A stretch of 64,000 nucleotides of DNA from positions 1 to 64,000 of the IMG/VR virus record IMGVR_UViG_3300008261_000018; one strand, given 5' to 3'. The DNA comes from a virus. A program made the position numbers and the translations under genes. Under the pieces are notes generated by a model. That model was not told the origin of the DNA. It saw only the letters and a list, made by a program, of their open reading frames with translations, and searched no databases. Below, in pieces: positions 9,605-18,677 of the stretch (positions are counted from its first letter, which is position 1; each line of letters opens with the position of its first letter).

Positions 9605-10113
9605 CAGCCGCGCAGGATTGCCTTGAGGAACCAGGCAGCCTTGCTCGCTGCCGCCACCAGCTCAGCCATGTAGTTCGCCACATCGATGGCGCCCACCTGC
9701 TGAGCGCTCGGCTCGATCTGCACCGCCAGGTCAGCCAGGTCGTCCAGGTTCTTCAGGTACACGGCAAGCATCTCCTTGCCGTTGTGCGATTCCACGTTCT
9801 GGAAGCAGGGCAGGGCATCCTTCAGGCCGCATGCACACATCGGCATCCAGAAGTCCTGCGCCCGCACGAACTCAGCAACGGTGTCGAACTGCTCGAGATG
9901 CGCCTCGTACTGACCCTTCAGGAACTGGTGCACATCTAAGAAGTTCGCACCCTCATAGTTCAGGTGGATCAGATGGCTCTGCGTCTCCATCTCCTTGAGG
10001 AACGCCGCCAGCATGATCAGCTGATTCACCATGCCAGCGCAGGGATTGCGCAGCTCATCGGCCTCTGCCACCACGATCGCCATGGGCTCTTGACCATGGA
10101 GCATCCCCTGCAT
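9601..10113 (-). CDS. dps: Dps/ferritin-like protein
   Basis: HLIHLNYEGANFLDVHQFL...DTVAEFVRA ferroxidase motif; KAAWFL C-terminus. Confidence 0.8.
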   Translation of the reverse strand: MQGMLHGQEPMAIVVAEADELRNPCAGMVNQLIMLAAFLKEMETQSHLIHLNYEGANFLDVHQFLKGQYEAHLEQFDTVAEFVRAQDFWMPMCACGLKDALPCFQNVESHNGKEMLAVYLKNLDDLADLAVQIEPSAQQVGAIDVANYMAELVAAASKAAWFLKAILRGC

Positions 10114-10149
10114 TGTCGTTCGCTCTGATCGCCAGAGCACACTCTATCC

Positions 10150-10194
10150 AGCCCCGCCAGGCAGCCCAGATCTGGGTTGTCAGGTGGGGCTTTT
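10150..10194 (+). terminator. Terminator-like hairpin preceding the early motif
   Basis: AGCCCCGCC...GGTGGGGCT followed by TTT. Confidence 0.5.
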
Positions 10195-10198
10195 GTTG

Positions 10199-10220
10199 TG
10201 CACCGCTTCAGCGGTGCATT
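10199..10220 (+). promoter_or_regulatory. Early motif copy 3, within perfect palindrome TGCACCGCT-TC-AGCGGTGCA
   Basis: About 20 nt upstream of ATG at 10240. Confidence 0.6.
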
Positions 10221-10239
10221 CAAGTGACCTGTCATCAGC

Positions 10240-10881
10240 ATGACTTCTGCTCTTACTCCTGCCCACTCCGACCACGAACTCACCGAGATCCGGGCCGATG
10301 GGCTCTGCCCCGCCAGCCCTCAGCCCAATGTCAAAGTCCTCGGCATCGACAACGGCCGGCTCTACTTCTATTCCGAAACCCCAGGTGGCACCAGGGATTA
10401 CCTGCCTGATGGAGCCTGCGCGATCTACGGCGCCATCCTCGATGCCTCCGTTGCCAAGTACGGCAAGGCCGGCGAGCGCAAGGGCAACACCTGGGACGCC
10501 GACCGCGACCACCTCAGCCTGCTGATCCAGTCACCGACCCTTGGCCTGCAGTACCGCCTGCTCATCCCAGCGCACGCAAGCCAAGTCTCATATCGGACTC
10601 TTCTGGGTCACCTGGTCACACTTGACCTGCGAGCCACGGCAGTCAAACTGGAAGCCAAGCCCGGCAATACGCACGGCGTCACCATCTTCAACGTCTACCT
10701 GGACCCCGTCGGCTTGCCGCAGAACCAGGTGAAGGGCAACTGGATCGGCCCCAGCACGGCCGACCTCCAGATCGCAGTTGACGCCTGCCGCCGCTCCCTT
10801 GGCCTCCCTCCTCAATTTCCCGAATGGGTGACTCCAGCATCCCCAATTCCGTCTCAGCCGAGCACCTGCAGCGACTACTGA
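10240..10881 (+). CDS. Hypothetical protein
   Basis: 213 aa ORF directly behind motif. Confidence 0.7.
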   Translation: MTSALTPAHSDHELTEIRADGLCPASPQPNVKVLGIDNGRLYFYSETPGGTRDYLPDGACAIYGAILDASVAKYGKAGERKGNTWDADRDHLSLLIQSPTLGLQYRLLIPAHASQVSYRTLLGHLVTLDLRATAVKLEAKPGNTHGVTIFNVYLDPVGLPQNQVKGNWIGPSTADLQIAVDACRRSLGLPPQFPEWVTPASPIPSQPSTCSDY

Positions 10882-11408
10882 GTCGCACGCTGGAGCTGCC
10901 GAACTCCGACGTGATCCCCGAGCTCAACCTTGGCGATGGCGATCAGGCCCCTGGCGGTATCTGCGATCTGCAGGTCCCGCTCATGCAGATCATCAACCGC
11001 TCGGCGCATGGGACCAACCTCATGCAGGAGTTCACCGCAGCCCTGTATCTGCTGCACTCCGTCGGCGAATGCCTGCAGCGGCGGCAGAAGCAAGCCAAGG
11101 CAAACACCGAGCCATTCAACCGGCTCAGTATGTCGGAGCGCCTCGAGATCCTCGAGGTTCTGAACGAATACATCACCGTTCACTCCGCCATTGTTCAACT
11201 CGCAGAGCGGCTACATGTCGCTTTCATGATGGGCTCCAGCCAGGAAACCATCATCAATATCCGTAAGCGACTTGGCGATGAAGCCTCTCTTGAAGAGGTC
11301 CGCAGTCACCTGATGGTTGGCGACGGCTTACTGCAATCGCTCGGTATCGAGCGCAGCACCTTCACCGACTACATCAACAAGTTCGATCAGTTCGATCACC
11401 TCAGTTAA
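10824..11408 (+). CDS. Hypothetical protein
   Basis: 194 aa helical ORF. Confidence 0.65.
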   Translation: MGDSSIPNSVSAEHLQRLLSRTLELPNSDVIPELNLGDGDQAPGGICDLQVPLMQIINRSAHGTNLMQEFTAALYLLHSVGECLQRRQKQAKANTEPFNRLSMSERLEILEVLNEYITVHSAIVQLAERLHVAFMMGSSQETIINIRKRLGDEASLEEVRSHLMVGDGLLQSLGIERSTFTDYINKFDQFDHLS

Positions 11409-11432
11409 CACCCACTTCGTCCTTTCTCAACC

Positions 11433-12446
11433 ATGTCCTACAACCTCACCAAGTCCGACCGCAAGCTGTTCCGTGGCAATGCAGCTGGTGTTGACGGCTC
11501 CATGGATACCACCTCCATGCTTGAGCTGGTCAACGGCAACTTCGAGATCATCAACGAGCCCTGCCACGGCTCTGATGGCCGGGCTTACAACGATCACCGC
11601 CTCTGGCTGCGCAGCGACAACCGCGATGCCCTCGGCCAGTTCGGCACCCTGCGTGTCCCGCAGCAACCCACCAGCGTTGTCCAGCACTACAAGGACTTCT
11701 GCGCCAGCTCCGAGAAGGCCGTCACCCTCGATGTGATCGGCACGATCGACGGCGGCAAGGTCTTCTACATGGCCTCCAAACTCCACGGCAACAACGCTGC
11801 GCTGCTGGACCAGGAGACCTACGGCGACGGCGGCGGCCTCGCGATCTCCCGCCGTGGCACCAGTCAATACATCGCCAGCGAGGACCGCACCGATCACTGG
11901 CTGATGCTCATGACCCACTACGGCAAGGCCCTCGCCACCACTGCCACGGTCGTCTCGCTCGAGCTGGTCTGCAGCAATGGCATGACCCGCCGTCACATCG
12001 ACCAGAAGCTCAGCCTCTCTAACCGGATGATGCAGGACTCGATCCGAGTCGGCGACATATTGAACCGAGCCCTGCGTAACGCACGGGCCTACGAGTTCAT
12101 GAAGAACCGCTTTGTCGAGACACCCCTCACCATCGCCGAGGGCATCAATGCCATCCGCCACTTCCATGGCGATCCCGATGGCCAGAGCCGCACGGTCAAG
12201 AACCTCGAGCGCATCTACCGCCACGAACTGATCGGCGGCGAACTCGATACCCGTCAAGACAACGTCTGGCGCCTGCTCAGTGCTCAGACCCAGTACACCA
12301 GCCACTCGCGTATCTGCCGGGCTGACGGCGGCAAGACCCTGCTCTCCCAGGTCGAGGGCTCCAAGGCGCAGTCCAACCGCAAGTTCCTCGACTTCCTCGA
12401 GGCCCAGTTCGCTCCTGAACTCAGCGCCCAGCTCGCACTGGTCTGA
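11433..12446 (+). CDS. DUF932-family phage/plasmid protein
   Basis: GTIDGGKVF...LMTHYG...LVCSNG...NVWRLL motifs. Confidence 0.7.
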   Translation: MSYNLTKSDRKLFRGNAAGVDGSMDTTSMLELVNGNFEIINEPCHGSDGRAYNDHRLWLRSDNRDALGQFGTLRVPQQPTSVVQHYKDFCASSEKAVTLDVIGTIDGGKVFYMASKLHGNNAALLDQETYGDGGGLAISRRGTSQYIASEDRTDHWLMLMTHYGKALATTATVVSLELVCSNGMTRRHIDQKLSLSNRMMQDSIRVGDILNRALRNARAYEFMKNRFVETPLTIAEGINAIRHFHGDPDGQSRTVKNLERIYRHELIGGELDTRQDNVWRLLSAQTQYTSHSRICRADGGKTLLSQVEGSKAQSNRKFLDFLEAQFAPELSAQLALV

Positions 12447-12493
12447 TCACAAACCAACACGGGTCGCTTGCGCGGCCCTTTCTTTGACCCATC

Positions 12494-12697
12494 ATGCAAG
12501 ACATGTCACACACCGTGATCGCCCCTTACCGCAGCCACCTCGTCACTGACGACATGATCGACGACTACGTCAACTACCGCAGAGCCGTAGCCAAGAACTG
12601 CCCGCGCTATGGCGCCGAGCCGCTGTTCTTCCACCAGTGGTTCGACAACCTCTGGCAAGCCGCCCCCGTTGATCTCCTGGTGGGGCGCAATGACTAG
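12494..12697 (+). CDS. Hypothetical protein
   Basis: 67 aa ORF. Confidence 0.5.
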   Translation: MQDMSHTVIAPYRSHLVTDDMIDDYVNYRRAVAKNCPRYGAEPLFFHQWFDNLWQAAPVDLLVGRND

Positions 12698-12870
12698 CAG
12701 CACCCTCGAGAAGATCGCCACCATCGCGGTCTTCGTCTTTGCCGCCAGCGTCCTTGTCGCCACACCCTGGCCGGATATCGACGAGCTGCTCGGGATTGAT
12801 CCCGCCATCAGTAACCGATACAAGGCCTGTCTTTCACTCCCTAAACCACACCCCGACTGTCCAGCCATCC

Positions 12871-13320
12871 ATGGCACCCGGCCTCAGCCCTGACGACGTC
12901 GCCCTCATCCTCACCTCCCCCCAGCCAGCCGCTGCCATTGGCCGCCAGCTGGGGGTTTCCCATCAAACCATTTGCGATGTTCGCAACAACAAGACCCATC
13001 GCTCTGTTCACCCGGAGCTGCCACGCACGAACAAGTACGCCACCCGCAGACTCAACCCCGAGCAGGTCGCCTACATCCGCAACTCAGGGGAATCACTCTC
13101 AACACTGAGCAAGCGGTTCAACGTCTCGAACCGCACCATCCTCTCGGCCAAGCGAGGCGAGACCTATAGGGAACTTGCCAACGGCGCTCCTCGCTCAAGC
13201 ACCGAACCCCATTGCCTCAATTGCAAGCACTGGGATTCCGGCTGTGGTCTTGGCTTCCCTGAAGCACTCGAAGACCTCAGCTTCGCCGCTGAATGCAGCC
13301 TCTTCGATTTACCGGCCTGA
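12871..13320 (+). CDS. Tandem HTH DNA-binding protein with C-terminal Cys cluster
   Basis: Two HTH-like repeats (LGVSHQTI; FNVSNRTI) and CxxCxHW...C...C. Confidence 0.6.
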   Translation: MAPGLSPDDVALILTSPQPAAAIGRQLGVSHQTICDVRNNKTHRSVHPELPRTNKYATRRLNPEQVAYIRNSGESLSTLSKRFNVSNRTILSAKRGETYRELANGAPRSSTEPHCLNCKHWDSGCGLGFPEALEDLSFAAECSLFDLPA

Positions 13321-13640
13321 GCCATGACCATCGATCTCATCAGGCATCAGCGACTCAAGGTGATCCTCCCCGACGGATCGCACCTTTTCCTGGATCACAC
13401 CGACGGCAACCTTCACCTTGAACGCAAAGTCGATGGACGGCTCGACACCCTCATTCGCATCCCTCTCGACGATCACGATAGGCCTACGGGATCCAGCTGA
13501 CCTAGCCCTTATCCGCAGGGCCCTAATGCAACTTCCTCGCCTCGATCCTGATAGCAGCACTGCCGTCATGGAGCTTTTGTTGCATATCCATGACACAGAG
13601 CAACACCACTCACAAGACCTCCCCAAGTTCTTCTTCTGAA

Positions 13641-13958
13641 ATGACCATTCCCGGCCCCAGTTACTCCAACACCAAGAACGTCTCACGCATCGAACGCTGG
13701 CTCAAACTAACCGGCAGGCCTCACTCCATTCGTGGTGCCAGTCCTTATCGCGGCGTCTCTAAAAACAACGGCAACCCCGAGTTTCCCTGGCGCGCATCAC
13801 TCAAGTACCAGGGTCGCACCTACCACGGTGGCAATTTCGCCACACAAGAGGAAGCAGCTGCAGCCTGGAACCGCTTGGTCCTTCGCTACATCGGCCCAGA
13901 AGCTGAGCCCCGCCTTAACCCCGTCGACCTCCCCATCGCAAGTGAGATCAATGACTGA
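13641..13958 (+). CDS. Free-standing AP2-domain protein
   Basis: SPYRGVS...WRASL...G.FATQEEAAAAWN...G....RLN. Confidence 0.8.
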   Translation: MTIPGPSYSNTKNVSRIERWLKLTGRPHSIRGASPYRGVSKNNGNPEFPWRASLKYQGRTYHGGNFATQEEAAAAWNRLVLRYIGPEAEPRLNPVDLPIASEIND

Positions 13959-14271
13959 GCACTACCTCACCAAGCTGACCATCAGCATCGACTACTCCGG
14001 TGGCGACTCACTTGATGACACCGGCCCGATCAAGACAGTGATCGAGACCGACATGACGGACTGCTCGGTTCACGCCTGGTACAAGGTATTCGAGCAAGTC
14101 CTGCACCTCGCCGGGTTCCAGGACCGCGTGATCATGAGCGGCGCAACGCAGCTTGCGTTCAATGAGATGCGCGACATCAAGGACATGCGCACAACAGCCA
14201 AGTTCTACGACCTCAAGCTGCTCGAGGACGTTGCTGACATGCCCACCCCCGTCGATACCCCACAGTCATGA
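13951..14271 (+). CDS. Hypothetical protein
   Basis: Overlap-coupled ORF. Confidence 0.6.
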   Translation: MTEHYLTKLTISIDYSGGDSLDDTGPIKTVIETDMTDCSVHAWYKVFEQVLHLAGFQDRVIMSGATQLAFNEMRDIKDMRTTAKFYDLKLLEDVADMPTPVDTPQS

Positions 14272-14486
14272 AACCCAAATTCGCACCTCGTGATCTCTGG
14301 CTGGACATGGAAGCGGCCTTTGATTCCGTCATGGAGGACGGCAGCGCCTATCACTTCCACGAAGCTGCGGCTGCAATGCTGCGCGTCATCGCAGTCCGCA
14401 TGGATATTCAGCAGCCCGATCATCCCTTCCTGTGGCTCAACACTGAAGCCAACAAGGCCAAGGCAGCTAAGAACTCCCCCGACTAG
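14268..14486 (+). CDS. Hypothetical protein
   Basis: ATGA overlap. Confidence 0.55.
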   Translation: MKPKFAPRDLWLDMEAAFDSVMEDGSAYHFHEAAAAMLRVIAVRMDIQQPDHPFLWLNTEANKAKAAKNSPD

Positions 14487-14740
14487 GCATTACTCCTAGG
14501 GTTCTCAATGATAGAGCCCAAGCCTCTGCGCGCCCTCGAGGCGTCTCACGCTTGGGCCATCAATCTTCGTCACTCGTACTTGATGGGTACTTGCTGACAG
14601 TCTTACAAGCACGTCCGTATCCCATACGGACACGTTCGTATTTACACGTACTTGTCCGTAACTCCTAATGAACTTCTAATTCTCCCCAAATTAGGAGTTG
14701 CCAGTATCCCCCTGTCTTCACCGGCAGGGGGATCTTTTTG
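14483..14740. ncRNA. Candidate structured non-coding element (chain of hairpins ending in a terminator)
   Basis: At least 5 consecutive perfect 7-10 bp inverted repeats; lower GC; no convincing ORF. Confidence 0.45.
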
Positions 14741-14748
14741 TGCCGCTT

Positions 14749-14762
14749 TTCAGCGGTGCATT
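14749..14762 (+). promoter_or_regulatory. Early motif TTCAGCGGTGCATT (copy 4)
   Basis: Follows terminator 14706-14739; ATG at 14778. Confidence 0.6.
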
Positions 14763-14777
14763 TTGATTCCTGCTGCG

Positions 14778-15428
14778 ATGACAGTTAGCTTCTCTTCTCT
14801 TACAGAGGTCTCACAGAACTCCAAGACCGGGCCCATCGCCGTCAGCTCCACCGGCTGGTCCAGCTGCCCGCCTGAATGCGGCATGAAGGATGAGTGCTAC
14901 GCCATGAAGGGCTACCACACCAGACTTCACGGCGATGCCATCACCCGCCACGAGCGCGGCGTCCCGCCCGATCAGTTCATCAAGCAGGTCGCTGCCCTGC
15001 GTCCCGGCACCATGTTCCGCCACAACGTCGGCGGTGACCTCTGGCACCAGCGTGGTCGCATCGATCGGACCCTGCTCAAGCTTTTAACCCAGGCTGTCCA
15101 GCACCTCTCGCATGCCTGGACTTACACGCACCACAGGCCCGACAGCTGGAACCAGTACGCCATTCGCCTTGCCAACCGCACTGGTTTCACGGTGAACGTC
15201 TCGACCGAAACCCTCGACGACGCCATCAAGTACTACCGCCGGGGCTATCCCGTCACCTGCGTGATCGACGGGAGCGATACCGCCACCTTCCGCCACAAGG
15301 GCGTCCCCTTCAAGGTCTGCGAGAACCAGGCCACCAACAAGACGACCCAGTGCTGCGGCTGCGGCAACGGCACCCCCATGTGTGCCATCCCTGATCGGGA
15401 TTACATCGTGGCCTTCATCAAGCACTGA
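14778..15428 (+). CDS. Gp88-like / radical-SAM-like Cys-rich protein
   Basis: SQNSKTGPI...CPPEC...CYA...FRHNVGGDL...WTYTH...VNVS. Confidence 0.6.
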   Translation: MTVSFSSLTEVSQNSKTGPIAVSSTGWSSCPPECGMKDECYAMKGYHTRLHGDAITRHERGVPPDQFIKQVAALRPGTMFRHNVGGDLWHQRGRIDRTLLKLLTQAVQHLSHAWTYTHHRPDSWNQYAIRLANRTGFTVNVSTETLDDAIKYYRRGYPVTCVIDGSDTATFRHKGVPFKVCENQATNKTTQCCGCGNGTPMCAIPDRDYIVAFIKH

Positions 15429-15482
15429 TTCATCGACACAGCGCAAGACCAGGCATACACTTCGCCCACCCTCTCCTTTCTC

Positions 15483-15662
15483 ATGGCCAACGTCACCGTC
15501 AACCCCCTCGTCCCCGGGCTCCAGCCCGTCACCCTCGCCAATGCCACCCCTGACGCCCTCTCTGATGTCATCCGCACCTACCGCGCCAACGGCATCCCCT
15601 ACCGCATTCACTACGGCACAACCAAGCACTACCCCATCGCAGCCAGCTTCATCAGTCGCTGA
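15483..15662 (+). CDS. Small hypothetical protein (59 aa, MANVTVNPLVPG...)
   Basis: Read manually. Confidence 0.5.
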   Translation: MANVTVNPLVPGLQPVTLANATPDALSDVIRTYRANGIPYRIHYGTTKHYPIAASFISR

Positions 15663-15796
15663 GCTGCAACTGAGCGCCCACTGCGTCTATCGCTACTGGG
15701 CAGCACTGCAGGACATCCTGCACCGCGAAGCAGCGACCGAGGAGCTCAATGACTCCACCGGTCGCCGCTATACCGCAGCTCAGTGGTACCGAATCC

Positions 15797-15982
15797 TCAA
15801 CCCCTACATGGAGCAGATGATGGCGCCACCACCGAGGGGCGACATCTGAACACCACACCGTCAACAGCGCAGGCGGGCAGGGCCCCCAGCCCGTCTACCT
15901 GTTGGCAGCGCTCCACATGACGCAAGGCCTGCGCACGATCGTTCTGCTGGCGCATCAGCCAGCTCAAGCGAACAGCTTCCAT
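15797..15982 (-). CDS. Small hypothetical protein co-transcribed with the DUF4278-like gene
   Basis: MEAVRLSWLMRQQ...; ATG 1 nt after the upstream stop. Confidence 0.4.
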   Translation of the reverse strand: MEAVRLSWLMRQQNDRAQALRHVERCQQVDGLGALPACAVDGVVFRCRPSVVAPSSAPCRG

Positions 15983-15983
15983 C

Positions 15984-16151
15984 TCAGCCCTCCAGGATTC
16001 CCCAGTGGCCGGCACGTCCGCTGCACTCGTACTTCAAGCCGCGATACGTGCACAGTTGCGGAGTCTCGCTCCGACCCCGCTTCTTCAGTTCCTCAAGGAA
16101 CTGCCGCTCAAGGGAGCTAAATCCCTTCAGCCAGGCCCGCAGAACCTGCAT
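15984..16151 (-). CDS. DUF4278-like small protein (55 aa)
   Basis: MQVLRAWLKGFSSLERQFLEELKKRGRSETPQLCTYRGLKYECSG...; YRGxxY motif; GGAGG RBS; riboswitch upstream. Confidence 0.6.
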   Translation of the reverse strand: MQVLRAWLKGFSSLERQFLEELKKRGRSETPQLCTYRGLKYECSGRAGHWGILEG

Positions 16152-16166
16152 CACACGCCCTCCAAA

Positions 16167-16218
16167 CGCGGCATCCCCGTCGTCTGATGCCGTGATTGCA
16201 GCCCGAAGGCTCGACGAT
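16167..16218 (-). promoter_or_regulatory. Glutamine-II (Downstream-peptide) riboswitch-like element, variant
   Basis: AUCGUCGA-GCC UUCG GGC-UGCA-AUCAC-GGCAUC-A-GACGACG-GG-GAUGCC: P1, UUCG hairpin and pseudoknot in the canonical order. Confidence 0.7.
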
Positions 16219-16348
16219 TTCCATCACTCTAGGAATTTCCTAGAGGTCGAGCAGCATCCCAATCAACGTGACGATGATCAGCCCCAGGAGCGGCGCCGCC
16301 ATCAACGTCGCGAAGATCATCACATCGGCACTCGGCCCTTCCATGGCC

Positions 16349-16672
16349 TCACAACTGGCACTGGCCAGCGCCTGGGTCGCCGCATCCGCAGTCTTGCGGC
16401 TTCTCGTCGATCAGCCCGAGCACCTTGACTCCCTCGAGCAGTTTTTCTGTTTCAGCCTCGCTAAAGAGCTCACTGAGTAGACTCTCGAGGATGAATTCAG
16501 GCTCAACCGTTTCAAGGAACTCCCACTTTGAGCCCGGTTCCCAATCCAAATCCAGGAATCTAGCCCCGCTTTCTGATCGATAGCAGCGGATTGTCAGCCC
16601 ATCCTCTATCTCAAGCACCTCTTCTTCCACTGCATCATCAATGCTGTGGACTTCTACAAGGCTGTCATCCAT
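16349..16672 (-). CDS. Acidic hypothetical protein
   Basis: 107 aa ORF. Confidence 0.55.
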   Translation of the reverse strand: MDDSLVEVHSIDDAVEEEVLEIEDGLTIRCYRSESGARFLDLDWEPGSKWEFLETVEPEFILESLLSELFSEAETEKLLEGVKVLGLIDEKPQDCGCGDPGAGQCQL

Positions 16673-16805
16673 TGCTGGACTCCGATTTTGTTCACTCTAA
16701 GGAGATCTCCATGCTGCTAACCACAGCCAAGCTCTCGTTCATTAGCCTCACCCCGATCGCTTCGCTTGATCTGCCGCCTCAGATGCAGGTACCCGCCATC
16801 ACCGC

Positions 16806-17120
16806 TCAGGCGTCCGTATCCTCCACGGCAGACAGCTCGCTGAAGACCGTCTCGACCGAAGCAAACAAGAACTTCCCTTCCTCGCTCACCACCACATACG
16901 CCTCTCCTTCGGCGATCGACTCGTAGTAGTCATCAAACCAAAGACTCAAGTCCATGGGGCTGATCTCGGCGCAACGCTTGACCGAGACAGCCCCTTTTTC
17001 TATGCGGCGCCAGTGCAGCACATCACCGCTCTTCCAGCCCAGGTCTCGCGTGACCTCCTCGGGCAGCTGCAGCACACCGTTGTCCTGCACTTGGATTGTC
17101 CAGGTCTTGTTCATGATCAC
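16806..17120 (-). CDS. AbrB/MazE/SpoVT-domain protein
   Basis: IQVQDNGVLQLPEEVTRDLGWKSGDVLHW. Confidence 0.75.
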   Translation of the reverse strand: MIMNKTWTIQVQDNGVLQLPEEVTRDLGWKSGDVLHWRRIEKGAVSVKRCAEISPMDLSLWFDDYYESIAEGEAYVVVSEEGKFLFASVETVFSELSAVEDTDA

Positions 17121-17377
17121 TCGTCCTTGGTTTGACGGCTCAAGCTGATCAGCGTTGTCAACACGCTCATCAGTACAGCCACGCTTCTGTTGTCGCTGTC
17201 TTCGCAGCCGAGGCGGCGTGGATCCAGCTTCTCGGACACATCAGTTCCGATGTACTTGGCATAGAACGGCCACTGCCGTGGCGCCACGACGAATGCGCAG
17301 TTCATCCACTGAGCAACCGACAACGCCGCCGTTGCCAGCGCCACGCCAACGACCGAACGCCAGAGCCAATTAGGCAT
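17117..17377 (-). CDS. Small membrane protein
   Basis: Two hydrophobic segments; overlap-coupled. Confidence 0.55.
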   Translation of the reverse strand: MPNWLWRSVVGVALATAALSVAQWMNCAFVVAPRQWPFYAKYIGTDVSEKLDPRRLGCEDSDNRSVAVLMSVLTTLISLSRQTKDE

Positions 17378-17705
17378 CGCCCTGCCGCTCGCGATACACC
17401 GTCAGCACCAGGTGGCGACCCATCAAGGCCATGTCCACCTCCTTGACGCCCGGCTGCCGCATCAATCGATTGCGGTGATAGATGCCGTCCTCGATCAACT
17501 TCGCGTACGACAGTGGCTCAGTAGATCCAGTAGCAGGCTTGGGCGCAGGAGCCGTAGGTGGTGCTTGCTCCGCACCAAGCGAATTCAGCCAATGCCACAC
17601 CAATCCCGCCACGCTGCTGGCCTGGAACCGTCCGCTTTCGCCGATCCAGTCACTCGCTATGCCGTATGAGAAGCCCAGGACGGCGATCCAATCCCGCAGC
17701 TCCAT
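17370..17705 (-). CDS. Hypothetical membrane protein
   Basis: Hydrophobic N-terminus; TAGAAT hexamer 25 nt upstream. Confidence 0.55.
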   Translation of the reverse strand: MELRDWIAVLGFSYGIASDWIGESGRFQASSVAGLVWHWLNSLGAEQAPPTAPAPKPATGSTEPLSYAKLIEDGIYHRNRLMRQPGVKEVDMALMGRHLVLTVYRERQGDA

Positions 17706-17806
17706 CGCTCGCGAGCGGTGTTCCTGGGCATTCTATGAGCGCTCTGTCGGGCGAAATCTGTCATGCCTCTTAAGAGTTTTTAGGTTGAGCGTCCACCTGA
17801 AGAACG

Positions 17807-18019
17807 ATGCAGCGATACCGCGCCATCCTGATCGATACCCGCACCAACCAACCCCTCAGCCCGGACTGGCACCCGACGATTTGGCCCACCGAACTCGAAA
17901 GCGCCAATGCCAGCCTGGCCAGCCGTGACATGACTTACCGCTGGCGGTGGCTTGATCGCGTGACTACCCTTCATGGATCTGTCACCCTGCAAGCTGCAGC
18001 ACACGATGCTGACTCTTGA
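17807..18019 (+). CDS. Hypothetical protein
   Basis: 70 aa ORF. Confidence 0.5.
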   Translation: MQRYRAILIDTRTNQPLSPDWHPTIWPTELESANASLASRDMTYRWRWLDRVTTLHGSVTLQAAAHDADS

Positions 18020-18617
18020 CTCGGCGCTCATTGCGATCGTTGCCGAATTCACAGGCCCCTACGCCCCCTATCAAGGCGTAGCACTGACGCCTTGCTCGGG
18101 TGGCGGCGTCTTTGTGTCAGCAACCGACAGCGGCAAGATTGCCTGCATGGCATACGACCGCAAGGGACGCGGCGACGAATCGATCTATCTGCTGCCATCC
18201 ACTGAACTCGTTCGCAGCTGCAAAGGACTCAAGACAGCCGAACGCGAGATCACCATTGGCGACCAGACCGCCCTGATCACCACGTTTCGCAAGAGCGCAG
18301 CCAATGAGGTCAAGGAGATCCCGATCACCAAAAGCCAGACGACACCACCCCCGCTGGCCAAGATCATGCGCCACTGCATCGACACCTGGGGCGCCACTCC
18401 CGTGGCTAGCAATACCGCTGGTCGCTATGCCACGGACTATGTCGAGAAGGCGATCAAAGTCTTAAGCACGCGCGAAAAGTCGCTGGTCTTCAGCGCATTC
18501 GACGGCGGCCCCCTGCGGATCCAAAGCGACTGCGGTGACATCGTTGTCCTGGTCATGCCGCAAACAGCGGAGCCCATTCCGCCCCTACCCAGCTGGCTCG
18601 AACTGTTTGCCCAGTAA
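18006..18617 (+). CDS. Hypothetical protein, possibly beta-clamp-like fold
   Basis: VSATDSGKIA...VVLVMPQ resembles sliding-clamp domain motifs (ATDG; LIMP). Confidence 0.5.
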   Translation: MLTLDSALIAIVAEFTGPYAPYQGVALTPCSGGGVFVSATDSGKIACMAYDRKGRGDESIYLLPSTELVRSCKGLKTAEREITIGDQTALITTFRKSAANEVKEIPITKSQTTPPPLAKIMRHCIDTWGATPVASNTAGRYATDYVEKAIKVLSTREKSLVFSAFDGGPLRIQSDCGDIVVLVMPQTAEPIPPLPSWLELFAQ

Positions 18618-18677
18618 TGCAACCTGCTTGCCACATGCAATTTGCTGGTTAGCCTGGAGCGCACCCAAGCAACCCAC

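Noticed and set aside
14560-14700. Mini CRISPR array
   Set aside because: Repeats are only 5-10 nt and irregularly spaced; no cas genes
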